Part shown: one piece after another, positions 7,152 through 16,574 of the stretch
Position numbering within the stretch: the stretch's first letter is position 1
Layout: each line of letters starts with the position of its first letter
Assembly (NCBI GenBank): GCA_963540875.1
Contig: CAUTQZ010000006.1
Location: 1,225 to 65,224 of the forward strand
Source of the DNA: an uncultured Acholeplasmataceae bacterium
GTDB taxonomy: Bacteria; Bacillota_I; Bacilli_A; Acholeplasmatales; Acholeplasmataceae
Direction: 5' to 3'
DNA: 64,000 bases
The notes under the pieces: model-generated
Seen by the model: the letters and a program-made list of their open reading frames with translations, nothing else
Database searches by the model: none
What the model was told of the DNA's origin: nothing
Made by a program: the position numbers and the translations under genes

Positions 7152-9015
7152 TATTATAAATAATACCTCTTAATTTTTTTAAAATTACAAACATTGAATA
7201 AGTATCAAGTTTACAATATTCTAACATATCTTTACGAAGTCTAATAATCGCATTTTTATCAACAAGTTTTCCTAATTGTAAAAAAGAAGTATAAGCCATT
7301 ACTCCGTTTTGAACATTAAGTTCTTTATAAGAAAGTTCAGGTGCAAAGATAGGCAGCACTTTCTTAATTGAAAATGAGCCATATAATTTACGGTGATAAA
7401 AGTAATAAACCGTCTCGCTTGTATTTGATACTTCTTTTGAAGGAATTAGTCCTAAGTATAGATCTATAATTCTATCATTAATATTATTTAGTTTTGCACT
7501 AAGTTCTGGAAAATATGAGGCTAACTCCTTTAGGCGTTGTTTTTCAAATGTTTGATTATATACTACAACTGATCCAGTTGGACCAATTGAATCGCATAAC
7601 TTTTTAGCCAGATCATATCTTTGGTCTTCTTTATCATTTGTAGCAAGAAAATCAATATTATCATCTTTATCACACACACCCGGTTCTTTTTCAATATGAA
7701 GTGAAAATTGGAAAAGTGATTGGGTGTAGCATTTTTCATCCTTAAATCTAGGTAGTGGTTTAGGAAGAGATTCAAAATCAAGATGATATAGGGGGTAGAC
7801 TAAATTTTTATTAAGCCATTCTTTTAGTCTAGTTCTATCTAAATAGTAATCATTTAATGATGGCGCTTGGATAACTTTTAATTGCGTTTTTTGTCTTTCA
7901 CCTGATAAATACTCTTCCTTCATGTTTTTAATATCTTTTAGTTCATCATTATTAAGACATTCATAAAAATCATCTTTTTTTGCTTGCCCTGATACTTTAA
8001 AACCATAATGATAGTGATAAAAATTAAATAAGTTTTCAACCGGATTTATCTTATTATCTTTAAGGCACAGTTCAAAATAAATACATTCTCTAGTTTTTTT
8101 ACGCAAGCAATTTTTTCCTATCGGTACTTTATTAATATTACATTCATTTAAAGATGAAATGGCTGCATTAATATCATTTTCCATTTTAGTTTTACAAATT
8201 AAATTAGTAAAATTAGTTGCATACACTAAAGTTATAATTTCATTATAATCGTATTTAGGTTTACCATTTTGCACTTTTCCATCAAAGATATATTTAGAAT
8301 TAAGTACGGCTAGATAGTATTCGACTTTTTTATTCTTAGGGTTATATATACTAGATCTTTCATAAATATAGCACTGAAATGCTAGATCATAAATAGACCT
8401 TCCATTATCATGAAAAGGATTAATTAGCGCTTCTTTTTGGCTACTTAATTTAAATTCATTATTAGTGCCTAAAACTTGTCTATCATCATAAGAGTACAAA
8501 ATTCCTTCACTTGATTTTTCAAAATAAGGTATCTTTGGTGCAATTTTATAAAATCTAGAATCAGTACTAGCCTTACATTCAATAATCCTAATTGCTTTAT
8601 CGTCTTCTTGAAAGATATCCATAAAAGCATAAAACTTATAGCCATCTATTGTATGCTCAATATATTTTTGTTCTTTAAAAGACTGACCATAAATAACTTT
8701 ACCACCAAAAAGATTTAAAACTTTTTTAGCAGCTAGTTCTTCAACTAAATTAAAATCATCCATAAAAGCAAGTTCTTCTTGCTTGCCTATTTTTAGTTGC
8801 TCAAAATCTATTTCGTCTTCATTATCAGTTTCATAGATTTCCTTTAGCATATCCATTTTAGCCTCTTCAAGTTTAATTTCTCTATCTTCAGTAAATAATT
8901 CATCAAGACTACTATCATCAATAATGGCTTTAGTTTTATTTTGCTTTAACTCATTTAATGCCGCAAAACGCTTGCAACGGATTAAATTTAAAAATAGAGT
9001 TTTAGGAATCCTCAC
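7138..9015 (-). CDS. DUF2779-type protein: N-terminal Cas4/PD-(D/E)xK-like nuclease with Cys cluster plus C-terminal DEDD-like exonuclease fold
   Basis: N-terminal IPKTLFLNLIRCKRF, then DIFQEDDKAIRIIECKAS (D..E.K) and CLRKKTRECIYFELC (C-x8-C-x5-C). The C-half has YHLDFES, VVYNQTFEKQRL and YCKLDTYSM, resembling exonuclease motifs. The family call is from memory of DUF2779 proteins. Confidence 0.6.
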   Translation of the reverse strand: MRIPKTLFLNLIRCKRFAALNELKQNKTKAIIDDSSLDELFTEDREIKLEEAKMDMLKEIYETDNEDEIDFEQLKIGKQEELAFMDDFNLVEELAAKKVLNLFGGKVIYGQSFKEQKYIEHTIDGYKFYAFMDIFQEDDKAIRIIECKASTDSRFYKIAPKIPYFEKSSEGILYSYDDRQVLGTNNEFKLSSQKEALINPFHDNGRSIYDLAFQCYIYERSSIYNPKNKKVEYYLAVLNSKYIFDGKVQNGKPKYDYNEIITLVYATNFTNLICKTKMENDINAAISSLNECNINKVPIGKNCLRKKTRECIYFELCLKDNKINPVENLFNFYHYHYGFKVSGQAKKDDFYECLNNDELKDIKNMKEEYLSGERQKTQLKVIQAPSLNDYYLDRTRLKEWLNKNLVYPLYHLDFESLPKPLPRFKDEKCYTQSLFQFSLHIEKEPGVCDKDDNIDFLATNDKEDQRYDLAKKLCDSIGPTGSVVVYNQTFEKQRLKELASYFPELSAKLNNINDRIIDLYLGLIPSKEVSNTSETVYYFYHRKLYGSFSIKKVLPIFAPELSYKELNVQNGVMAYTSFLQLGKLVDKNAIIRLRKDMLEYCKLDTYSMFVILKKLRGIIYNNENL

Positions 9016-11665
9016 TGATGCCTAACTCCTTAAAAAATAATTCTCGATTAGTTTTAGTAGCTAAACGATGTAGTATTTTTGCTTTGTCTGTTAGATTATT
9101 GTTAAAATCAATATTAGTAAGCGTACTATAAATAGGTTCCCCGTTGATAATAGAGATACTTTTAAAAAAGTTATTCTTATCATCAGCATTAAATACTTCT
9201 TCAAGCAGGTTTTGCTCTAAATGACCATCATTATAAATTTGACTAGTAACTGGTAGCACCCGGTTATTATCACTTATTGTATTATAATAAGTAGCCGTTG
9301 AGTTAGCGCTATATAAACCCACATTAACTTTATTAGTAGATATCTCATTAACTTTATCTGTTTTTAATAAATTACCAAAATCACCAACATGATAAAGGAA
9401 ATTATTTTCACAATAAAGGGAGGCAATATTTTTAGCAAATCCTGCTACTAAGCCAAAATAGTAATTACGCTCAGGCATTTGATAGACCTCTAATTTAGCA
9501 AGTCTGCCTCCAATAGCTGTAAGCTCAAATACACCGTCTTCATCTAATCTTGAGTATATTTTATACTCATATTCTTTATTCTCACTTTTTTTATCATCTT
9601 TATGCTCATAAGCAAAATCGAATGTAGCAATTGCATATAAAGATTTAAAGTCTTGCGATTTTTTTAAATATTTAAATTTTAATTTAGTAAGATATGGATA
9701 TTCGTCTTGTTTAGGATTTAGAGTAATATCTTCAAAGATAACTTCATCTTTATCATTTTTAAAAGGATCTTTATATTTATCCTTATTTTTTTCTTTATCC
9801 TCACTATTAACATTTTTATTTGTAGTATCAGTTCGTCCGCTTCTAGCAAAAGTTTCGGTATAGTGAAGTTTAACTTCTAAATTTTTTCTTACTTCAAACT
9901 CAATATAATAATAGCCTTCAAATTTCTCATCAAGTTTATAATCCTTAGGATAGTATTCTTTATCACCAACAGTTATTTTTTTAACCTCGTGAGTATTATC
10001 ACCACCACTATAAACATTACGCATATGTTTTGCATAGTTCATTTTTCTGCGGAAAAATACTTTAGCCTTCTCGCCATATTTATAGGTTTTAAAAATCTTA
10101 TTATCAACTTTATAAATATTATTATCAGTTGAAGTGTCTTCTTTAACATATTCTTCTTTATAGTTTTTAGTAAAATCAAAACAAAGGCCTACTCCTAAAA
10201 GAGTAACAAAGTATTCTTTTTCATTATCTTTTTGAAAAGTTTTCTCTTCAGTATTAAAATTAACTTTATTATCTTTAAGATAAATATAACCAAAATGAGT
10301 TTCTTCAGATGATTCCATATAACCACAAACAAGTCCTGCGTAGGTGTTATATTTTTTACCAGAGAACTTCTTTAAATCTGCCATTTTATAATCATCTTTA
10401 TCAGAACCGGTTTCTAATTTATCCATATGAAGCAGTCTTCTTTCATCACACAATACATTTAGCTCAGAGGATTTAATAGTAATATTTTGCACAATATTAG
10501 TAGCATTTCCGGCCACAAGACCAAAAGCCATCCCTGAATTAGATCTATTGATAAATGTCGCTTTTACATTACTTATATGAATATTAGTAATCTCACCTTT
10601 ACTTACACCACATAATAAGCCTGCACCAGTATCAAGACCGCTTTGATTTTCTACTGCATATGGAAGATGAGATAAATAGGTAAGACTAATATTATTTAAG
10701 GTAATATTAGTAATCTTGGCATCTTTTTGTATTTCTCTTGCAATTAAGCCAAATTTCTTTATCTCTTTTACTTCTTCATAATCTTTATATAATACTTGCG
10801 AGTTATCATAGGTAATATCTTCAAGCACTAAATCAGTGACTTTTGAATTTTCTAATAGCTCATCAAATAAACCAAAAGAAACATATTTATTAAACTTAGG
10901 CTTTTGTACTTCATAGTCAACCTTATAGCCATATTCTTTACTAATATAGTTTTTCTTTTCAGTGTTAATATTTATATTAAAAATTCGTTTATTATTTCCA
11001 TCAAACCAACCTGCAAATCTAGGGGCTAAGGGAACAAATTCTTTATCTTTAAAATCAAGATCACTTACTAATTTATAATTTTGCACTACTAATCCTGATT
11101 CGGTATTAAGGTTATAGTTATTAGCAATATTTAGGTAGTCGTCAACTGATTTAATTTCTTTAATATCATTTAAATCATAATCAGGATTATCTGTTTTATC
11201 TTTAAAATCAACATATTTTTTTTCTTTATCATCAAAATGTGGCCACTTTTTACCATCTTGGTCAACTAGATCAAAAACACGAAACTCATTTTCATATTTT
11301 TTCTTCTCGTCTTTTTCATCCTTATCTGTTTTCTTTTTATGTTTAAGATATGCTCCAAACTTAGGTTCAAAGTCTTTTGAATAGCCAAGGCCAAAACATA
11401 CTCCTGTATAATAGCCTGTAGCAGAATTATAAGTAAGCTTACTGCGCTCAATTCTACCAGATGATGTCTCCCATTGAATAAAAAAGTAGTTATCCTTAGT
11501 ATAAATATAATTATTTGTTTTTTTAAGTTGAACTTGATATTCAATTTTATTACGCCAAGATTTTCTTCCTTTAATCGTAAATTCACCTTCAGGTTTTTTT
11601 ACACAAGCCCATAATAAGAGCCCTAAAAGAAATAAAATTAGCATAGTTAAATTTTTCTTAATCAT
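9002..11665 (-). CDS. Large surface lipoprotein with GLUG-like repeats
   Basis: Signal plus lipobox MIKKNLTMLILFLLGLLLWAC. Recurrent hydrophobic-G-L-hydrophobic-x-G/R units are each followed by an I/V-x-N-I/V strand (FGLIAREIQKDAKITNITL, AGLLCGVSKGEITNIHISNV, FGLVAGNATNIVQNITIKS, AGLVCGYM, FGLVAGFAKNIASL). No HExxH motif. Confidence 0.55.
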   Translation of the reverse strand: MIKKNLTMLILFLLGLLLWACVKKPEGEFTIKGRKSWRNKIEYQVQLKKTNNYIYTKDNYFFIQWETSSGRIERSKLTYNSATGYYTGVCFGLGYSKDFEPKFGAYLKHKKKTDKDEKDEKKKYENEFRVFDLVDQDGKKWPHFDDKEKKYVDFKDKTDNPDYDLNDIKEIKSVDDYLNIANNYNLNTESGLVVQNYKLVSDLDFKDKEFVPLAPRFAGWFDGNNKRIFNININTEKKNYISKEYGYKVDYEVQKPKFNKYVSFGLFDELLENSKVTDLVLEDITYDNSQVLYKDYEEVKEIKKFGLIAREIQKDAKITNITLNNISLTYLSHLPYAVENQSGLDTGAGLLCGVSKGEITNIHISNVKATFINRSNSGMAFGLVAGNATNIVQNITIKSSELNVLCDERRLLHMDKLETGSDKDDYKMADLKKFSGKKYNTYAGLVCGYMESSEETHFGYIYLKDNKVNFNTEEKTFQKDNEKEYFVTLLGVGLCFDFTKNYKEEYVKEDTSTDNNIYKVDNKIFKTYKYGEKAKVFFRRKMNYAKHMRNVYSGGDNTHEVKKITVGDKEYYPKDYKLDEKFEGYYYIEFEVRKNLEVKLHYTETFARSGRTDTTNKNVNSEDKEKNKDKYKDPFKNDKDEVIFEDITLNPKQDEYPYLTKLKFKYLKKSQDFKSLYAIATFDFAYEHKDDKKSENKEYEYKIYSRLDEDGVFELTAIGGRLAKLEVYQMPERNYYFGLVAGFAKNIASLYCENNFLYHVGDFGNLLKTDKVNEISTNKVNVGLYSANSTATYYNTISDNNRVLPVTSQIYNDGHLEQNLLEEVFNADDKNNFFKSISIINGEPIYSTLTNIDFNNNLTDKAKILHRLATKTNRELFFKELGISEDS

Positions 11666-11718
11666 AATATCCTCTCTATATTTTGATAAATTAGCATTTT
11701 TTTATATAATATATTTGC

Positions 11719-11790
11719 GGTTCCATAGCCAAGCTGGTAAGGCAGTGCTCTGCAAAAGCTCGATCGTCGGTTCAAATCCGGCTGGAACCT
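11719..11790 (+). tRNA. tRNA-Cys (GCA), no encoded CCA
   Basis: Hand-folded cloverleaf. Acceptor GGTTCCA/TGGAACC with discriminator T. D arm GCCA-AGCTGGTA-AGGC (A13:A22 mismatch, as known in tRNA-Cys). Anticodon arm GTGCT-CTGCAAA-AGCTC (one U-U mismatch). T arm GTCGG-TTCAAAT-CCGGC. A T8 run follows. Confidence 0.9.
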
Positions 11791-11795
11791 TTTTT

Positions 11796-14156
11796 TTATG
11801 CTTTATTTTCAACCGGATAGCCATTATGCCAATTAGTATGAATGGCTGACATATCATCTGATTTTCTATCTATTTTAATTTTAATTAACTTAGGTAGTGC
11901 TTTAAATACTTTCTCATCGGTTCTAATAAGTTCTTTATCAATTTCTACTAACTCACAATTAGGGAGATCTTTGATTGATTCTTGCATTAATCTTAAAACA
12001 TTTTTTAAAACTACTTTTTTAACATGCTTTAATGAACTACTGCCTGATTGTGAAAGTACTCCTTTAGTAATTTCTTCAAACACGTCTTCCCCGCTAAGTT
12101 TACCATTTATAGTTATTACACCACCTGGTTGTGAGTGGTTAGGGTTAATAGCAATTAGTCTTTCATTAATAACAAAATAATTTTTACCATCACGTTCAAA
12201 GATGTTTTCTAAAAATTTAGTTTGATTAAATATATACTCACCAAAAGTACCTAGATATTTAGAATATTGCACTTTCTCTAATACTTCACAACCATAGAAT
12301 GCTTCATCACCTAAATGCTCCACAATTCTTAAATTAGCCTCAGTTATTTTTTTACAAAATCTAAAAGCACGATCTTTTATTTTTTGGATATGTTCTAGAT
12401 TTATCTTTTCTAAATTATAACAGCCAGAAAAAGTGTCTTCGTTAATATCTCTAATAAAATCATGGAGTTTTACTTCTTTAATAAGGCTATTGTGCATGAA
12501 TGCTTCCCTTGCAATTGATTTAATAAACTCAGGTAAAGTATATTCTTCTTTATCTAGGCGATATTTAAATAGTGTTTTCCCAATGATAATATTTTCTTTA
12601 TCTTGAGCAAGCATTTTATTTAAATAGATAGTATCTTTAAAAATATTAGTATTATTAACTTCAGATATACCATTTGGGATAGAGACAAATTCTAAATTAG
12701 TATAACCATTAAAAATATCACCATCAAAGCAAGTTATTTTATAACCACCATAATTAGATGGAATCCCTACATATCTAATTGCTTTTTTATCGATAGTGTC
12801 TTCATTTTTAATACTAGTAATAGATAGTTCATAATTAGAAAGAGATTTAAGAGTAATATTAAAAAAATCATCGACATTAACTAACTTAGGGTATAGGGTA
12901 ATATTTTCACTATATGGAGTATCAAAATCAAATGGTTTAGTTAACTCTTTATCTAAAAACCACCCAAGAAATACTTTACCATCAATATCAGGAATAGTTT
13001 GTTCATATTGCTTTAAACTTGAGCCTTTTTTAAATACCACATCATAAATTGGCGTATTATCAAACTTACATACAGCCTCGTCATCTTCTTGAAAGATAGC
13101 CTCAAGGGTATAGGTATTTTCTACCGTTGATTTTTTATTTTCATCTAAAACCATAAAAGGATCAAAAGTTATTTTCTTACCATTAATATCTAGCTCCCAG
13201 CGAATAAACTTTTTATCTTTAAAACCAAAATAATTAAAACCTGGTGCTTTATTTATTGGGTCTCCTTTATATACATGAAGGTTATAATTGTATAGTCTTG
13301 CTTCTGCTGTTAGTTTATTTTCTGGAATCTTATAAATAATAGTATCGTGTTTTTCTTCTTCAAAATAAGGATAGCCTTTTGTGTCTTGAGTTATTGGCTT
13401 GGTAAAATCAAATTTAGGTGAATTGGCATTAGGATTTTTTTCAGTTGACCAAAATTTAAATTTATGTTTATCAAGTTGGGGATCTCTAATATATTCATTA
13501 TGAAACATAAAAGGTTCCCCTTTTTTTACATATCTTACATAATCTATTCGATTAAATGGTTTTTCTTTACCTTGATTAAAAGTAAGTTTTACTGTTTTTC
13601 TTGTTCTTTCCCATCTAGCATAAATAGTACAAGATTCTTTTATATCACTTGATGATAGTACTGGCTTAGTTAGTTTTTTATCAAAATACCAGCCAATAAA
13701 TTTATAACCGGTGTATTGCTCAGCGTGATAGTTTTCAAGGTTAAATTTAAAATCTGGGTCATTGTTAAAATTTCCTACTTGCGGTTCCATATCAAATGGC
13801 GCTGACATTAGGTCATATTTTAAAACTAGTTCTCCTTTATTTATATAGTTAGGTGATATTTTAGTATGGGTATCAACAAACTTTGAATGAATTCCAACAA
13901 TTTTTGAGTTTTGTTTAAAGTTAAGAAAAACTTTACTTGGATTTTCATACTCATAGTCATTTATTGCTTGCTGAAAAAACTTGCGATGCTTATTGATATA
14001 AGCAAGGATACTTTCTCCTTGACGAGCATAGCCTTCATGGAGGTGCTTGATATCACCTGGTTTTGCGTTAAAATAAACATGGACTTTTTTAGGCTTACAA
14101 CCAAAAAAAGCAAATGCAGCAATAATTAAACTTAAAATTAGAAATACTTTTTTCAT
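11796..14156 (-). CDS. Surface lipoprotein with Listeria/Bacteroides (InlB B-type) repeats and C-terminal BspA-type leucine-rich repeats
   Basis: Lipobox LIIAAFAFFGC. Repeat signatures YKFIGWYFDKKLTKP and KVFLGWFLDKELTKPFDFDTP. The C-terminal LRR_5-like run is IAREAFMHNSLIKEVKL...DTFSGCYNLEKINL...DRAFRFCKKITEANL...DEAFYGCEVLEKV. Confidence 0.7.
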   Translation of the reverse strand: MKKVFLILSLIIAAFAFFGCKPKKVHVYFNAKPGDIKHLHEGYARQGESILAYINKHRKFFQQAINDYEYENPSKVFLNFKQNSKIVGIHSKFVDTHTKISPNYINKGELVLKYDLMSAPFDMEPQVGNFNNDPDFKFNLENYHAEQYTGYKFIGWYFDKKLTKPVLSSSDIKESCTIYARWERTRKTVKLTFNQGKEKPFNRIDYVRYVKKGEPFMFHNEYIRDPQLDKHKFKFWSTEKNPNANSPKFDFTKPITQDTKGYPYFEEEKHDTIIYKIPENKLTAEARLYNYNLHVYKGDPINKAPGFNYFGFKDKKFIRWELDINGKKITFDPFMVLDENKKSTVENTYTLEAIFQEDDEAVCKFDNTPIYDVVFKKGSSLKQYEQTIPDIDGKVFLGWFLDKELTKPFDFDTPYSENITLYPKLVNVDDFFNITLKSLSNYELSITSIKNEDTIDKKAIRYVGIPSNYGGYKITCFDGDIFNGYTNLEFVSIPNGISEVNNTNIFKDTIYLNKMLAQDKENIIIGKTLFKYRLDKEEYTLPEFIKSIAREAFMHNSLIKEVKLHDFIRDINEDTFSGCYNLEKINLEHIQKIKDRAFRFCKKITEANLRIVEHLGDEAFYGCEVLEKVQYSKYLGTFGEYIFNQTKFLENIFERDGKNYFVINERLIAINPNHSQPGGVITINGKLSGEDVFEEITKGVLSQSGSSSLKHVKKVVLKNVLRLMQESIKDLPNCELVEIDKELIRTDEKVFKALPKLIKIKIDRKSDDMSAIHTNWHNGYPVENKA

Positions 14157-14165
14157 ATTTCACCT

Positions 14166-16574
14166 CTAATCAATAATATTTATTTTAGCACATTTATAAC
14201 CTTTTAGGGTTGTTTTTATCTTTATAGTTCCTTTTTTTACTCTTTTAACAACAATAACACCGAGCCCATTAAATAGTTTTATTTGTGGCTTTTTTAAACC
14301 ACTCCAGTTAAGTCTATCAAGCGAGGCACTGCTACCATTATCAGTGCCTATAATAGATGCATTAGATGAGTATTTAATACTAATTAAATTATCGCTATAA
14401 GGGTATACTTCATCATTATTATTTGTAAGTGCTACTATAAGATAGTACAAGTTATCATAGTTATGTAGCTCTTCTTGTTTTAAAGATATTTTAGTAGGTG
14501 AAGTAATTGTTTTTAATTCTTTAGTTAGGACAACTTTTCCATCATTATCATAAGATTTAACTTTTAGCACGCCACTAGAATAAGGAAGTCTAACTTTAAA
14601 ATCAAGGCTATTAGGATCTTTTCTATATTCTCCAATTAGGTTATCATTAAGCCAGACTTTAATTAGATCATTAGATGAGTAGATATTAAATAATAAGTTA
14701 TTTTTATCTAACTGATGACCATATTTAGTTAAGTATGGCTCATCATTATCTTCTAAATTCATAGTACCGCCAATATGAAGGGTTGGCTCTTTTTTATTCC
14801 AAAGGGAGCGATACCAGTAATAATCATCCTTAGGAATACCGGCTAGATCGATAATACCAAAAAAAGAACTTTTAACAATATTTTTATAATCGTTTAACCA
14901 TGGAGTTGGTTCACCTAAATAATCAATTCCTGTCCAGATAAACTCACCAAACATGTTTTTATTCTCTAATACAAACTTTTGCGACTCCAGGGCAGTATGT
15001 CCCCATCCAACTCTGTCGGTTGGAAAATTATTTAAATAATAATTAGTCCTTTGGTTTCTGTTTTCTTCATTGCAGACATCAATACTATAATTATCTTTAG
15101 TATCAATATAGATCCCCCTTGATTTTACAGCACTGCTAGACTCTGATAAGAAATAGCGCCAATCAGGGTGTCTTTTAACTAAATCAGGATATTCTTTAAT
15201 GGCGTAATTTAGCCCGCAGATAGGAAATAAAGCCATAAACTTATCTAAATTAGCAATATCTTCAGCCTTAATAAAGCAATAGCCATTTTGCCCAATAGTA
15301 CACTCTCTTGTGCTATCAAGTGAATTTTTTAGTGCTATTAGTTTTTTAGCCCACGCAAAAGTTTTCTCATTTGGTCTATGGGTTTCATCTAATTCATTAC
15401 CAAGACTATATAAAAATACCGATGGATGCAGGCGATCTCGTTTAATCATTTTTGCTAAATCAAGTTCAGCATAACTTAATTTATTAGGATTATTTAGATT
15501 TGGAATTTGTTCAAAAAATCGTCCGTAGTCATGTTTTCTTTTGCCCATATACCACGTATCAAAGGCTTCATCAAATAACAAAAAGCCCATCTCATCACAT
15601 AGCTCTACTAATTTATCTGATGCCATATTATGGGTTGATCTAATTGCATTAACCCCCATATCTTTAAATAAAGCTAACTTTCTTCTAAGTGATGTTTTAT
15701 AATCTACCGCCCCAAGGGAGCCATTATCATGGTGGATACAAACACCGTTTAACTTCATTAAATTATTATTTAAATAAAAACCCTCGTTAGTAATTTTTAT
15801 CTCTCTAAACCCATAATTAATGTTTACTTCTTCACAAAAGCAGCAAGTAGTTAGAGCAATCTTAATTTGATAAAGATTAGGATTTTCTACACTCCAAAGT
15901 TGAATTTCAGGTAGTGCAATTTGTTTTGATACTAAATTATCTTTAATATCTAGTTCAAATACATTTAAAAGGTTATTATCTTTTAATAAACTTAGTTCTA
16001 TTTTTTTTATTTTAGAACAATCTCCTATAACAGGAAATGATATATTAATTGAATTATCTTTACTAAAATAATTTATTACTACATCATCTAAATCAATAAA
16101 GGTTTTATTATGTTCTATTAAATAAACATCTCTAAAAATACCAGAGCCTGAATACCATCTTGAACTTGGTTGAGGATTGTTGACAAAAACAGTAATTAAA
16201 TTTTGGCCATTATTTAGAAATTCGCTTATCTTAGCCTTTATCGGAGTGTAGTAGTTTTTATTTATTGCTACTAATTTTTTATTTATATATACAAGCGATT
16301 GGCCTAAAATGCCACCAAAATGAATAAAGTAATTTATATTTTCTTTTTTATCAATAGTTATAACTTTTCTATAAACTGCGGCTCCTCCATCTAAAAGAGC
16401 ACCCTCGTTTTGAGCAAGGGATTTTAAATTAAAATCTTTAGTAATACTATAATCATGCGGAAGATCAAGTGAAGTAAAACACCTAGAATTATACTCAATA
16501 TCTCTAGGGTCTCCTTTTTTAAGATTATTTAAAAGGCAAAATTGCCAGTTATTATTTAGTAGTGTTTTTTTCAT
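14166..16574 (-). CDS. Glycoside hydrolase family 2 (beta-galactosidase-like), no signal peptide
   Basis: GH2 motifs NAIRSTHNM...LCDEMGFLLFDEAFD, RDRLHPSVFLYSLGNELDE (acid/base region) and GEFIWTGIDYLGEP (nucleophile region). The N-terminus MKKTLLNNNWQF is not signal-like. Confidence 0.85.
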   Translation of the reverse strand: MKKTLLNNNWQFCLLNNLKKGDPRDIEYNSRCFTSLDLPHDYSITKDFNLKSLAQNEGALLDGGAAVYRKVITIDKKENINYFIHFGGILGQSLVYINKKLVAINKNYYTPIKAKISEFLNNGQNLITVFVNNPQPSSRWYSGSGIFRDVYLIEHNKTFIDLDDVVINYFSKDNSINISFPVIGDCSKIKKIELSLLKDNNLLNVFELDIKDNLVSKQIALPEIQLWSVENPNLYQIKIALTTCCFCEEVNINYGFREIKITNEGFYLNNNLMKLNGVCIHHDNGSLGAVDYKTSLRRKLALFKDMGVNAIRSTHNMASDKLVELCDEMGFLLFDEAFDTWYMGKRKHDYGRFFEQIPNLNNPNKLSYAELDLAKMIKRDRLHPSVFLYSLGNELDETHRPNEKTFAWAKKLIALKNSLDSTRECTIGQNGYCFIKAEDIANLDKFMALFPICGLNYAIKEYPDLVKRHPDWRYFLSESSSAVKSRGIYIDTKDNYSIDVCNEENRNQRTNYYLNNFPTDRVGWGHTALESQKFVLENKNMFGEFIWTGIDYLGEPTPWLNDYKNIVKSSFFGIIDLAGIPKDDYYWYRSLWNKKEPTLHIGGTMNLEDNDEPYLTKYGHQLDKNNLLFNIYSSNDLIKVWLNDNLIGEYRKDPNSLDFKVRLPYSSGVLKVKSYDNDGKVVLTKELKTITSPTKISLKQEELHNYDNLYYLIVALTNNNDEVYPYSDNLISIKYSSNASIIGTDNGSSASLDRLNWSGLKKPQIKLFNGLGVIVVKRVKKGTIKIKTTLKGYKCAKINIID

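Noticed and set aside
7138-7200. T-box leader upstream of cysS
   Set aside because: cysS overlaps the preceding gene by 14 nt, so there is no untranslated leader in which a T-box could reside.
7563-7781. Nested minus-strand ORFs in alternative frames (7563..7781, 11266..11586, 32566..32820, 63203..63406)
   Set aside because: They sit inside longer ORFs that carry recognisable domains or conserved paralogs. They have no independent support.
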